Origin: Azolla caroliniana
Taxonomy: Eukaryota > Plantae > Polypodiophyta
Direction of reading: 5' to 3'
Length of the DNA: 64,000 bases
Assembly: GCA_043228905.1 (NCBI GenBank)
Contig: JBHGNT010000020.1
Location: 4,154,001-4,218,000 of the forward strand
The notes beneath the pieces are model-generated. The model was not told the DNA's origin, did no database searches, and was given only the letters and a program-made list of their open reading frames with translations. Shown here in pieces: positions 38,030 to 50,945 of this stretch. A program made the position numbers and the translations under genes. Each line of letters starts with the position of its first letter. Position 1 is the first letter of the stretch.

Positions 38030-38744
38030 CACCCAACTAAAGGCATTGTTGACATGGTAGGTCGTCGGCTTTGTCTCCCTCATCTTCATGTTGAACAACT
38101 ACTGAATCAAGATGACTTTGGAGGAGCTCAACTTCTTCTCATAATTCGATTGAAGCTTCTCCAATTGGTCGAATTCAGTCGACTCTTTTGTCATGTTGAA
38201 GTAGACATTTTCAGCTAGATGCATTCGGATGGTTGATCTCGCGATCTTGTCTAGCGACCGCCATTCTTTGGTTGTGATCATCAACGGTTTGCTATTTGTG
38301 CTTGATTGCCTCGATCTGGTGCCATATGATCAACACATCCTTCATCACCTCTGTCCATAGGGCAAAGTTTTTGCCGTCAAACTTTCTAATCTCACGGCCT
38401 GTGCCGGATGTCGAGGTCATTGTTCTTTTGGAGGTTTTTGTCGGCATGTTCTTTTCCTTTAGCCTTCTTCCTCTTCTTATACCAACATTGTGCGGGTTCC
38501 AACTCACTATGATACTACTTGGTTGACACCGGTGATGCCTGATCGACTAATGTGTGTAGTCGGTTGTTCAACTATGCAAAAGCGTGTGTTAGATCTTGGC
38601 ATGGAGCAAGCAAGTGTAAAGTAAGTGTTATATTCAAGATACACATATTGCAAAGAGAAGATTTTGCATTAATAACACTCTGTCTGTACATGGATGGAGG
38701 AATGCCTTCTATTTATACATGAGGGGACTCACTTAGCCCTAACA
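38030..38744 (-). mobile_element. Decayed Ty1/Copia gag N-terminus with probable remnant PBS and LTR
   Basis: MTSTSGTGREIRKFDGKNFALW...LDKIARSTIRMHLAENVYF. LTR limits are tentative. Confidence 0.65.
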
Positions 38745-39253
38745 TCAAGGAGTGTTCACACTAGGACATACAATGGTGGGGGTAGTACTTTTAGCCCAAC
38801 ATTCAACCATAGGAGCCACACCTTCATGCATATATAGCATTTGTACATATTCTAGCATCTCTTCATTTGTAAAATGACCTTTCACATCTTCTTTCTTACC
38901 CTTGAGTTGTCCCCATGCATTTGGAAATACGTTTGAGCTTAAACACATTTTTCTTTTTCATCTCATGCATTTTGGAAATATCTTCTTTACTTTCTCCTCA
39001 CTACCTTCTTATACAAATGCCATGCAACAAGCCTTTCATTTTCCTCTTCTATAGACGTAAACCATTTGAGATACATCTTACATTCATCATCGAACCGAGA
39101 ATTACATGGAAAACTAGACAACTTAAGTATTGATATCCAATCTTAAGAATGATATCCTTCAAATGGTTCTCCACTTCATTCGCATACATCTTAGCTTTTT
39201 CAAAGCAAGGTTGGATAATGATATGACGGCGGAGATTGCAAGTGCCCTGCACA

Positions 39254-39742
39254 TAAAGATCAGCAACGGTTTGGTTTAGGCTTAACCGGTTTGGCCTTAT
39301 CCAACCCAAACCGGTTAAGCCTAAACCGTTTTGGGGTTCTCAAAACCAAACCAATCACTAAACCGGTTTGGAAACCTCCCTCCCTCCCTCCCTCTCTCTC
39401 CCTCTCTCTCAGTGTGTAGTCTCCCTCCCTCTCTCTCTCACACACTCTCTCAAATGATCCACTATGTAGTATACAAAGCTCCCTCCCTCCCTCTCTTCTC
39501 TGTGTAGTCTCTCTCCCTCTCTCTCTCAAGTTTCTAACTAATTTCTAACTTTGAAATTTTTCTTTAACCTAACTATTAAACCACATAAACAGCTTAGACG
39601 GCTTAACTGGTTTGAGCCGGTTTGGCAAGGCTCAAGCCAAGCTAAACCGAGCTCAAACCGTTTATTCAAGCTCATGCCTGAGCCGAGTCGCTAAGCCGTT
39701 TAAAACCGGTTTAGGCTTGAGCCAAGCCATTGCCGATCCCTA
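39254..39742. mobile_element. hAT-type MITE (~489 bp) upstream of TRM6
   Basis: Imperfect TIRs TAAAGATCAGCAACGGTTTGG / CCAAGCCATTGCCGATCCCTA; 8-bp TSD CCTGCACA/CCTGCACC; dense subterminal AAACCG/CGGTTT motifs; no ORF. Confidence 0.85.
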
Positions 39743-39973
39743 CCTGCACCGTCCATGACCGCGATTTCCTCACTAGGCAAGGCTTTTTATGATTTGGTTA
39801 CAAATAGAAACGAGCATTTCATTTGTGTGTGTGTTTGCATGTTATTCACAAAAATGTGGCAGAACTGAAGAAAGAATATAAGCCCCCTCCCGAACCCAAA
39901 ACCCTAGTTTTCCATTCCTTTTCCTAGTGCTAGTAGTAGTAGTCGTAGTAGTAGTAGTAGTACACAGAGAGCC

Positions 39974-41662
39974 ATGGCGAGCTCTGTCTGCGAGCCGGGC
40001 ATACAAGATAACCTGGCGAGGTTAGGATCCAACGCCCTTATCGACCTCAACGATGGAGACCGTCTCACCTTCGTCAGAGTACACCCTTCTGCAACTATCA
40101 AGATCGGTAACGTCAGATGCTCTGCCTCCCCCCTCATCGACTCTCCATATGGATCCACTTTTGAATTGCAGAGAGGCCCTAAAGGCCCCTTCCTTGTTAG
40201 AGTTTCTCCTGCGAACACGACCTCGCCTGCCCACAATAATGATGGTGATGGTGATGATGATGGTGATGGTGGTGATGATGAAGACGTGGTAAGACGTGGG
40301 AATGATGATGCAGCGCATGCATATGATAACGTGGCACATGGGCATCATGGACTTGATGGAATCATACCAGATGGACATGATGGTGTGCTACTTCGTGACC
40401 ATGGTGATGTGGCACATGAACATTTTGGGCGAGATAATCGAAGTCTGGTTGATGATAACACGGCCCAAAAGCTTTCTGCTGATGATATACACCGAATGCG
40501 TATAGAATGTTCTTCTGGTAAAGACATCATTGAGGCCCTTGTTGCGAATAGTGCCACTTTTCATACCAAAACCGCCTACTCTCAGGAGAAATACAAGAGG
40601 AAAAAGCAGAAGAAGTATGCTCCTTCCTTTGTATTGAGGAGGCCTTCAGCAAGGAGGATATGTGAAGCTTACTTCAGTAAGACCCCACAAAAGATTGGTT
40701 TTCTAAGGATGGATACGATGAGTCTCATGCTTTCTCTCGCAAATGTTGGTTCTTATGGTGAAGTCCTTGTTATGGATATGGTTGGGGGACTCCTCACTGC
40801 TGCTGTTGCTGAACGTATAGGAGGCTTTGGCTCTGTTTTGAGCGTTTATTATACTAACAAGCCTTCTCCTTTGGACATTGTGGGTCTCTTGAATCTCAAC
40901 AATATGATGGCTTGTAGAGTGTTTAGATCTTCGATTTGGGAGATTTCTAATGCTTTGAAAACTGATGCAAGTAATGATAGTGATTCTCTGAAAAAAGGTG
41001 TAAGGATCGACAATGATGCTGAAAAGGCCATTGACTGTGGCATGCATCTAGAATCTCAAGATAGAAACAATACAGAAAAGGGAGTGGACAATGACAAAAG
41101 AAATGATGCCGATGGTGAGAGCCATATGGAAATTCAAGAGGAAAAACCCAAGGAAAATGAGTTTGATGCATCTAGATGTCAAGAAGGTACTGGATCAATG
41201 GTGTTGGGCAATGGTGATAATTGTAATGCTAATGATACTTTGGTATTACAAGATAAGACTGGAACGAACCATGGAAAGCACGCTATAATACAATATAATA
41301 CAAAGGTGAGTGAGACTATCCGACCTGGAAGAAGCCCTTCTTCTGTAGAAGTGTTTCAATGGGCAAAGCATGGGTTTACCAGCCTTCTTGTGGCTGCATT
41401 AGAAGTGGATCCTTGGTCTATTATACAAGTGCTGCTGCCCCTTCTTTCTCCCTCATCTCCTTTTGTAATTTACCATCGTTATCTTGAGCCATTAGCTCAG
41501 TGTATGCATGAACTTCAAGTGAGCAAAATGGCAATTGCTTTAGAGATTGTAGAACCTTGGCTTAGAGAGTATCAAGTTCTCCCTTCAAGGACACATCCAC
41601 ATATGCAGATGAATGCAAGTGGAGGCTATATCTTGACAGGAGTTAAGCTTGCACCTCAATGA
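39974..41662 (+). CDS. TRM6: tRNA (adenine-58-N1)-methyltransferase non-catalytic subunit TRM6/GCD10, single exon, 562 aa
   Basis: RDNRSLVDDNTAQKLS, LVANSATFHTKTAYSQEKY.RKKQKKY, LRMDTMSLMLSLANV and EPWLREYQVLPSRTHPHMQMNASGGYILTG are Gcd10-family motifs; uninterrupted ORF. Confidence 0.95.
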   Translation: MASSVCEPGIQDNLARLGSNALIDLNDGDRLTFVRVHPSATIKIGNVRCSASPLIDSPYGSTFELQRGPKGPFLVRVSPANTTSPAHNNDGDGDDDGDGGDDEDVVRRGNDDAAHAYDNVAHGHHGLDGIIPDGHDGVLLRDHGDVAHEHFGRDNRSLVDDNTAQKLSADDIHRMRIECSSGKDIIEALVANSATFHTKTAYSQEKYKRKKQKKYAPSFVLRRPSARRICEAYFSKTPQKIGFLRMDTMSLMLSLANVGSYGEVLVMDMVGGLLTAAVAERIGGFGSVLSVYYTNKPSPLDIVGLLNLNNMMACRVFRSSIWEISNALKTDASNDSDSLKKGVRIDNDAEKAIDCGMHLESQDRNNTEKGVDNDKRNDADGESHMEIQEEKPKENEFDASRCQEGTGSMVLGNGDNCNANDTLVLQDKTGTNHGKHAIIQYNTKVSETIRPGRSPSSVEVFQWAKHGFTSLLVAALEVDPWSIIQVLLPLLSPSSPFVIYHRYLEPLAQCMHELQVSKMAIALEIVEPWLREYQVLPSRTHPHMQMNASGGYILTGVKLAPQ

Positions 41663-43490
41663 CTAGGTAATTTTTGTATTAATCCTCATAGAGAATAATA
41701 CATTTTTGTTTTCCTTACTTTTTCATCTAGACCTTAAAGCAAAGGAAAGATTCCATTGCTTATTATTAATTGAGTATTGGTCATTGATGAATTCTCTGGG
41801 GTTGATTGTTTTAAAGTATTGTTTTACTGGTCTACAAGGATTTCGGTGGTGTTGATCTTTAACAAGTATGTCCCACTGCCTAACTTGTGGTTCAGATTAT
41901 ATATTTTCTATTTGAGCTAGAATATTTTTTTTTATAATTTGCGAAGACAATACACATACATGTATTCGGTAAAGTGGTTGCTCTTGCTAATCTTGATGCC
42001 CAACTTTGGATATATATTTTTCTATAGCAGATGAACCTTATGGACTTCGTTTTTGGTGGATGATAAGGGTAATGAGGTAAAAATGCATGTTTGTGTGAAT
42101 ATTGTTTATATGGATAATGTATGAGAAGGGAGTCAATAATGACAAAATGCAGTGAAGAGGATTGTTGCACAACTAATTTTAAATGATTTGTGGCCATTAT
42201 GCTTTTGTTAGACGGGAATGGGTGCAATGTTTAATAAAGTTGGGTTCAGAAGAAAGGTATGGATAGTGATAATTTAGTGTTTTATAATCTTCTCTATGAA
42301 TTTTCTGCCCTTTTTTCTTTCTTCATAAGTTCATCTGCCATTATGGAAGGAAAAAAAACTATGGAGGTGTAGGTTGTATGTTTAAAGCATCAATCCTCAA
42401 TTTATAAAGGGTGAGTTTGGAAAGTTGTGACCTTGAACCGAAATCAAAGAGAAGCAAATGCGTAAGTTCTTTTATGATTTGAATTTCCTCTTTTCTTATT
42501 CTGGTTTATGTTTGAAGTGCATTGTAACATTTCTACTGCAATCGTTTTGTTATTCCTGCAATACTCTGTTTCCATGTCTTCTCTTCATGTTACAGAAACA
42601 TAACTTGAGTCAGTAGTGATCCCAGGCAAACCCTTTTACTTAATTAATGTATGCTTAAGACAGGAATCTATTGTAATGCTCCCCCCTTCTTTGGGTAAGG
42701 ACCATTAATGTGAGATTACATGAATGGAATCTTTCCCTCTTATATACATGTGTATACACTCATAACATGCCCTTTTCTAACCTTTTGAACAGTTCAAACA
42801 TACCCACCCTTCCATTCCTAAATGCACAATTAATTGTTTCCATTGTGTACCTAAAGAACGTATTGTGTTTCATGTTTACTGAGTTTCATGTTTTATGTTT
42901 ACATGTTTACTGAGTTTCATGTTTAATGTTTACTGAAACATTTTTGACTCTTGGAAGGTTAGATTGCTGCAAATATGAAATATGCATCCATCTGTTTAGC
43001 CTTTGCAAAATCATCATCGATCATACATGCTTATGAAAGAAAAAACATCACAAGAATTTACCCTTCTTTAATAGGTGTATAGACATTATTTATGAAAGAA
43101 AAAACATCACAAGAATACACCCTTCTTTAATAGGTGTATAGAGTTATATGCGTGTATTATTTTATACAATATATAGGCATGTGGGACTATATATTATATG
43201 AAATTATATATAGGCGTTACAAATATGAAATTTTCTCCTGTCTTATTTTACCATGATTTTCTCCCTCTGGGTTTTCAATTAGCAATATTGATGTTTCTTA
43301 CACTGGTCTTCTTCCATAGTTCCCCTCTTTGACTCTCCTTCACCAAAATCTAGAGCCCTAACAACAAGACCAAAACTCCCACCCCATCACTGACCCTTTC
43401 ATTATACTTGCTCCTATTGTTTCCTCTGCAACCACAATATGCGCACATTTAAACCCTATTGTTTCTACTGCAACCACCACAATAATCGTA

Positions 43491-43770
43491 TACTTTTCTC
43501 CCATATAGAGTTTTTCTTAAACCCTAAAATCACTATCTTAAATTATCAAAAATAGCAGAATACTTTTCTCCCTGATAGAGTTTTTCTTAAACCCTAAAAT
43601 CATTATCTTAAATTATCAAAAATAGCAGTATACTTTTCTCCCTGATAGAGTTTTTCTTAAACCCTAAAATCATTATCTTAAATTATCAAAAATAGCAGAG
43701 CATACTTTTCTCCCTGATAGAGTTTTTCTTAAACCCTAAAATCATTATCTTAAATTATCACAAATAGCAG
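43491..43770 (+). repeat. 70-bp tandem minisatellite x4, each unit containing AAACCCTAA
   Basis: Units start near 43491, 43561, 43631 and 43703 (TACTTTTCTCCCTGATAGAGTTTTTCTTAAACCCTAAAATCATTATCTTAAATTATCAAAAATAGCAG..). Confidence 0.95.
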
Positions 43771-44200
43771 TGACTCGGATGAAAATAAATTTAGGGCGAT
43801 TTCACGTATTATAAAATGAAAACCCATCTTCCTAGAAATTGTTTGAAATTGGTCTTTGAATTAATAGAGTTTATATTTTTTGAAAAATACAGTATATGAC
43901 CAAATTCATGGAGGACTACATTTTTTTACATTCATGCAGCCTATGCCAAAATTCATGGATAACTATACTGTTTTTACATTCATTTGAGCTATTCAAATCA
44001 CATATTAGAATAAAGACACCTTTGGCAAGCATTTGTCACTGATAACATTTTGCTCCCCCAAAAAAATTCACTGAAAAATGTTCTCATAATTTACAGCTTA
44101 TTATTCATTAATTCATAGGGATGTGTGAATTTACAAGTCCACACCCACAGCATCATGACTAGATGGTGATATCATAGGTGTCCAAAGACATCTTGGATTC

Positions 44201-47153
44201 TTATTTACGATCCTTAATGGGAGTTATGTCCATGGGATAGCTTCCCAATACCCTTAAGAAAGTAGCAAACTCCTGACATAGAAATAAATTCATAATGTAA
44301 GGTTTGTTTATTATTTGGAAAGTTAACAATAATTAAACATACACTACATTTGTCTACTCTTCCGTGTAATAGACACAATAAAAGAATGCAATTAATGCAA
44401 CACAAACCAACCTGTAAATGCCGGAGTGCATTTTGAGCTCGTTGATCGGCCATTGAAGCTTCGAAGTCCACAAAGAAGAGATAATCAAAGTACCTGTGGA
44501 TATACACATTGTCCAGGGATATAAAACTCCCTATTTGCTAGTTTCTCTTCACATTATATGGAAAATATTTCCTATTTTTACTGGCAAATTAGTAAAAATA
44601 AAATTATGCTGGAATTTGTTTTCTTACAGACAAGCTCTGAAACAGCACCTTTTCCGGAGTGTATTACAATGCAAGGTTAAATACATGCTCATCATCTTCC
44701 AAACACTTACACTGACTTTGTAATGCCATTACTGTCATCCACCACACGCAAAGGACATTTCCGCAGAGGACGGCTTTCAATCTGGTAGGTTTTTTAATCA
44801 ACAAAATAAAATTAACTCTGCATGGTGCAAAGGTTGAGAACCCTCAGCATACATTATTGTAGAAAAGAATGCAAAAATTTAAGATCATTTTTCTAATCTT
44901 GATATAGAAAGGAGTAGAAAGAATATAATAAATAAGGGTTCTTACCATGCTTGATAAAGAATGGGATAGAAAGAGTAGAATACTAAACAATCTCCATAGC
45001 AAAAGAGGAAAGAAAGTCACCAAGGTAATGAATAAGAATGCATAGTGTAAGAATTACCTTTGTCAAATTTATCTCTCGTAAAGCAAAGACTGCCAATGCT
45101 TTAAACAACACCCCAGGACCCTCTTCCAATGTAAATGTGATGCTCGTCTTTGTGATTCCATGTGTTTTTTAAGAATAGTGATTAGATCAATCATGAAAGA
45201 GAGATACATTATCTACAAAATTACATTGCTTACCTTGAAAGGCCTATCTGATCGTGGAATAATTGGTTCCCGTGCCAACATAAGGAAGCGTGTAACATTA
45301 TCTGAATCATCCTATAAAATGAAAACAGCAAATTGCAATGGTACAAAAAAAAATGAAATGATAAGAAGAAGCATATACATATATTGGTATCGTGTATTAA
45401 GGAGACGTTAGGTGAACCTGAATGCCATCAGCAAGGATCTCCAGTCCATATATTTCAGCTGCCCTAGCACTTGCAACGGCCCCCGTATTACGCAAATTAT
45501 TTGCTGCTATAAACTAAAACAGCGGAGAGAATTCCTTCATAATCTTGACAAAATCACAAAAGAAACACTGTATGACTATTATAAAAAAAAGTTAACCTAT
45601 AAATAATTATTATAACCCTAAAAAATACGAATCTCACAAAAATAATGATCACAAAGAAACCCATAGATTAAGAGATACGGCACCTGTGCCGCACCAGCAG
45701 TATCATCGACAGCTTCTCTAATAACATTGAGTTTTGTTAGTGTATTCTCACATTGATCAAGCGCCTAGCACAAAGTAGACATCACACAGCAATGTGGAAT
45801 TACAAGAAGTTAGGTAAGACTCAAATCTTTCAGAGCTATTGTCCCACGTAAAACTAGTAAAGAGAATACAGATACACACACCTGCGCATGACTCAAAACC
45901 CGATGGAGCTCCTCTTTCTTCACACCAGGCAACCCTAGAAGACAGTGATGCACAGAGAGCTGAACTTCCCCGACAATATGAAGCCTATGTCTAAGCAATA
46001 AATCATAGTTCCTATGTATGCTTCCTCCAAGAGAGTTTTCTATGGGGAGGACTGCCCTATCTACAACCCAAAGCTCAACAGCCTGCATAATAAGTAATTA
46101 TCATCAGTGGAAGAGCATACAAATAGAGAGTACCCAAAATTATTGACAAAAATCAAATTCAATATCACTCTTCATGGCAAAATAAAACCATTTATGTGAA
46201 TAATAGCACAAATTTGAGTACTCAAATCTCCACCCCTCAAACTCATTTTCTCTTGCAAGCAGCAAAAGTAAAAAAATGAGCATTAAAAAACGAACAAAAG
46301 AAGTTCTGAGGTGAGCTTCCGACACTCTTTTCACTTCAAACGAATACCTTTGCACCCAAGAATTCCAATTCTTTTCTCTTACAGTTATAAAGGCAATAAC
46401 CCTTAAACCCTTCCTTTATAATTCAAAACAGATGCGATGGAATCCATTTCCTATATAACTTCTCCATAATGTGTTTCTGCTATCACCTTAAAAGCCGCTT
46501 CAAATTGTTCACACGGTACAGCTTCACAATTCGAATATGCTCTTCCTGCTGCCATCTCACTGTAGGCACCTGGGACACCCTGCATGCAATAATAATAACG
46601 CTCAATGGGAACTTGTGTTTCGTAACACGACAATGTATATAATATTTCTCATTAAACAGAATATATGCATATGTCCCAGTTACCTGGTATGCTGCCCTCA
46701 GCCGGGACCCATGTGTAGGCTTAGGTGCCAAATCTGACATGGATAAAGGCCCTGTGTAGATAATAAGAAAGCAAAAGTTATATGGAAGTAAGCACAAAAA
46801 AGTTGTAATAGCTAAATTACTATAGATTTATATTTAAGAAAACATTGGCCCACTGAATGCTTTAGATAGCTTGCAATATTAAATCTTCTTTCTATAGACT
46901 TTAATGCTAGTGCAAATAAGCTACCTATGGTTATGTTATCCATTGATGTACAACCATGATACATCTACTTTGGCTTTGTTACAAAAATGGCTTCTTACTT
47001 ATTGGTCATCACTTTATGTGATGACTACAAGAGGGAATAGAATTGATGTTTTATCATCCATGAGGGCAAAATTTGACGTATTGGACCAAATCAGCATATT
47101 ATCTTGTACATGACCCCTTCTTGGTGGACATTTGAGTATGTCATTTACATAGG

Positions 47154-47209
<56 letters not shown>

Positions 47210-48455
47210 TTACTATCATCCTTGTTACTCAAGCATGACCAATGAGATTATAGTGATTGCAAGTAACAGTACACACTAGGTTAGGGTTGACAATGTTGGG
47301 AAAGTAAGCTTGAGTGATGGAAAGTAGAGCATTGCAACAGAGTGATAGTCAAGAATCCTAAATTTGTGTGATGCAAAACATGAATTAGTTGAAGATTCTC
47401 CTCAGTGGTCCTTGATCACCTAATCTCACATCAAAGAGAATGCGCGATGAGCCACATGGAAGAAATTGTATCAATGGCAGACAAAGTGATGGGTTTTACT
47501 GATTACGGACAAGTTTGCTCTATCCATTCAGAGAAGAAGACAATTTTGTTTTTTTTTTTGAAACAAATGTAATATAATGTTCAAAGCATGAGGCTCCACA
47601 TCTCTCCAAGTGATGATACATTGGATTTGCAAGGCTCATCAGTTGCGGAATCCATTGAGGCATCATCAACAAGTGTAACGCGTACGTCTTCCAAACCATT
47701 GCTTTATTTAGTCTTTTGAAGTTTTATACTTGCTTCCAAGGAGATTATTCTAGGAAGTTGGCATGATTTTTTTGTTTTATAATCTTAAGCATTTGGACTC
47801 CATAAAACACGTCCTGCCTATGATCTCAATGACAAATGATTTGATCTCACCTAGAAGAAAGGAGAGTTGATCTCTCTAACCCTCTATTTGTTAACCATAA
47901 TAAATTTTAATCAACAGTTATAATTTGGGTGATGCACTATTTTTTTTCATTGTCAATCATAATCAAAATTTTATTTTGACTGTTAGTAAATGGATCATTT
48001 CTTCAAAGTTAGACGATGATTAGGAGCTTTATTACATTTAATGAACAAATCAATAAAATCCGTGAATGGTAAAACAATTAATGTCTAAGCATGCTATCTA
48101 AGGTTAATCAAAACACTCGTAGGACCAAAAACACTTTATCCACTTTTCTTTTTCTTTTCCCATTCCATCACATCGCATCACAATCACAATCACAATCACA
48201 ATCACTATCAGAGACAGTTAATCACATTGGTATTCATCAACAAACATTACTTAATTAATAAATTAATTATGTATTAAACTCCGCTTAAAATTTAAGAAGA
48301 GAGGCATAGTAGTAGGTCGTGTTACTTGGAAGGGAGGCAGAGATACACTTGATCTGAAGCTTGTTCTTCTGGTGGTCAATAGAGTCAAGGTTCCCTGCGT
48401 CAGCAACGGCAGCAGGATCATCATCATCATCACAGTCGGGAGTGCTCTCCTTCAT
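44201..48455 (-). CDS. ADT: Arogenate/prephenate dehydratase (intron-rich ADT1/ADT2 type), 11 exons, ~353 aa, apparently lacking a transit peptide
   Basis: Exons 48455-48326, 46751-46684, 46579-46487, 46082-45882, 45764-45684, 45513-45418, 45311-45234, 45147-45058, 44781-44711, 44493-44412, 44272-44201, all GT-AG and phase-consistent. Motifs [73 protein letters not shown]. Confidence 0.95.
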
Positions 48456-50521
48456 CGCCTCGATCTTTCTTACTTACTTACTTGCTTGCTGCTGCTGCTT
48501 TAAACAATTCACATACATACGATGAATGAACTGAACTGAACTGAACCCTAATCATGTATGTATGATGTGTGTGTGTGTGTGTGTGTCACTGTAAATACAT
48601 ACATACATATACATATGTAGCTCTCTCTGTTTTCGTGGTCTTCTTTTATATGTGCGTGTGGATGGATAGCCATTCCATGGGGACATATTTCTTTTTTGTT
48701 TTTACATGTATGTAGCTAATTAGGTATGTACATACATACATATATATGTATATTCTAATTCTATACACATACATACATATGTATATACATACACTACATG
48801 TAAAAGGGTATTGTTTAAAAAAACTCCATGTTCACACTATGTACATGCATGCATGATATGGCCTTTTTTACCATGCATCATCATAGCATAACATATATGT
48901 ATTCTACATCGACCACAAGCCCTACCTATCTTATTGGATTGTCTTCAACACCTTGCGTTTTGTGTATTTGTGTGTTTGCTTGCAATGTGGGCGGTTTCAC
49001 GTTGTTAGCACTTACTATGTGTGAACTATCTATAAACAACAATTTGCTATTAATTTTTTCTGTTCTCTAATAATTGGTCTCAATGGATTCTCGTTTATCG
49101 TTATATGCATCCGTTCCTTCTATGGTTTGCCTCTAAATTTCGCATCTCTAAAGATAAAGTCTATCAATTATCTAAAAAACATTAATGAAATCCTTTTTCT
49201 CGACAATAATGAGTCCAGAACTCAACTATCTTTTACACTTCAAAAGAAATTGATCCTAGAATGTCATTAGTATAAAGCTAATAAGCTTTTGAAGATATCA
49301 AGGAGAGCTTTCTCTTTTATATTGTGACTTTATGGTATGTGATAGACACTCTACTTAAAAAAGATTGGAATTTCCCTTTCGTAACATTGTTAATGCCTAG
49401 TGGATGTGGTGGCTCTTATATGCTTTGCATAATTGTCTCTTAGTGCACATTGCACTAGGTGTTATTTAAGTGCCCTCAATAATAGATAGTTATAGCTAGT
49501 GAGTGGTTTATAGACAAATATATACGTGTAGCATGATGGTATCATCCACCTAATGGTCATCTTTGCCATGGTGTGTGATATGTCCTTTAGGCTCAATCCC
49601 ATCTCATAACGCCTCTCCCACAATATTATATGTTCAAATGGTCATGTTGCCTTCTTTGTGGCATGATTTATCTCCATATTTATGATTTATATCTGCGCAA
49701 AAGTAGTGTGTATGTTTAAATGTTCCAAGATTCCAACAATAATGAGGATCTTATGGTAAGTTAAGAAATCTCTAAGTTGTCGTATGACCAGTTAACATAC
49801 AGGCAACTCCTCTAACAACATGGTGCCAATGAAGTTTAGGTTGTGAAAAAATTCAAATCAAAATTTCCTTAAGCCACATATATCCCAATACAAGCAAGAA
49901 CCCATTTCTCATACTCTAGTTGTACCATATTTCCCAATACAAGTTGGTCAAAATACTACCTTATATGATGGCCCACATATAGCAATAACTCCCTAAGATA
50001 AAAAAACCCCACCAAAATGGTGGGAAGTTTATGTGTTGCCTCACATTGTGGTAGTTAGTCTTACCTAATTAATGTCAAACCAAGATTTGTGATGTTGAGT
50101 GTATGTACTATGCACCTGTGTTCTACCACAAAAGGACATTTGGGTTACATTCATTGAAATCAAAGAGAGGTATTGGTCCTTCGATATGTACAAAGATGTA
50201 GCTCACTATGTGAAGAGTTAATACAAATGACAAAGATATTTCGGAATACCATAGGGATGAGCAACATTCAACCTTGTAGAAATCAAGTAAAAAGTACGGC
50301 TCTTAGAAAGAGGACGATGCTCATGGTTTCTTTATTTCTATCCAAGTTGTTGTTCCTAGGTATGAGCTCATCAATCAAATCATGTCAAATCGTAACAAGC
50401 TAGATCCCAATGAAGCATATGATGTGTAGCTGTTAAGTGTTTGGATTGCATGACGACTAGTCGTGGAGAAGAGCACATCAACAAGGATGTAGTATGGCTA
50501 AAGGACCTACGAAGAAGGAAT

Positions 50522-50897
50522 TATTAGGAAACAGGTCCCTCTGGATGGGAAGTGAGAAGAACAATGTTGATGAGCAAACTTGGCCGAGGCCGAAACCGGA
50601 TGTGGAGTACCCGGCAACGGAAGACCCGGTGAGAACCGGATGACGAGTACCCGGCAAGGAAGGCCCGGTGAGAACTGGATGACGAGTGCCCGGCATGAGC
50701 CGGATGATGCAGGCCCGGTGAGGAGTGCTCACCGGATGAAGGGACATATTCGTAAATATGTTTCTGAGAGTCCATTGGGGCTATATTTGTAAATAGCCGA
50801 AAAGTCATATTAGTATAAATATGACTTAGGGCAAACTTAGTGAAAAAAAAGGGTAGTCGTCATTCTTGTTGGTGCAAGATTTGAGTGCGTAACTGTG

Positions 50898-50945
<48 letters not shown>

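Noticed and set aside
40022-40557. Overlapping ORFs within TRM6
   Set aside because: Shadow frames produced by the GAT/GGT low-complexity insert.
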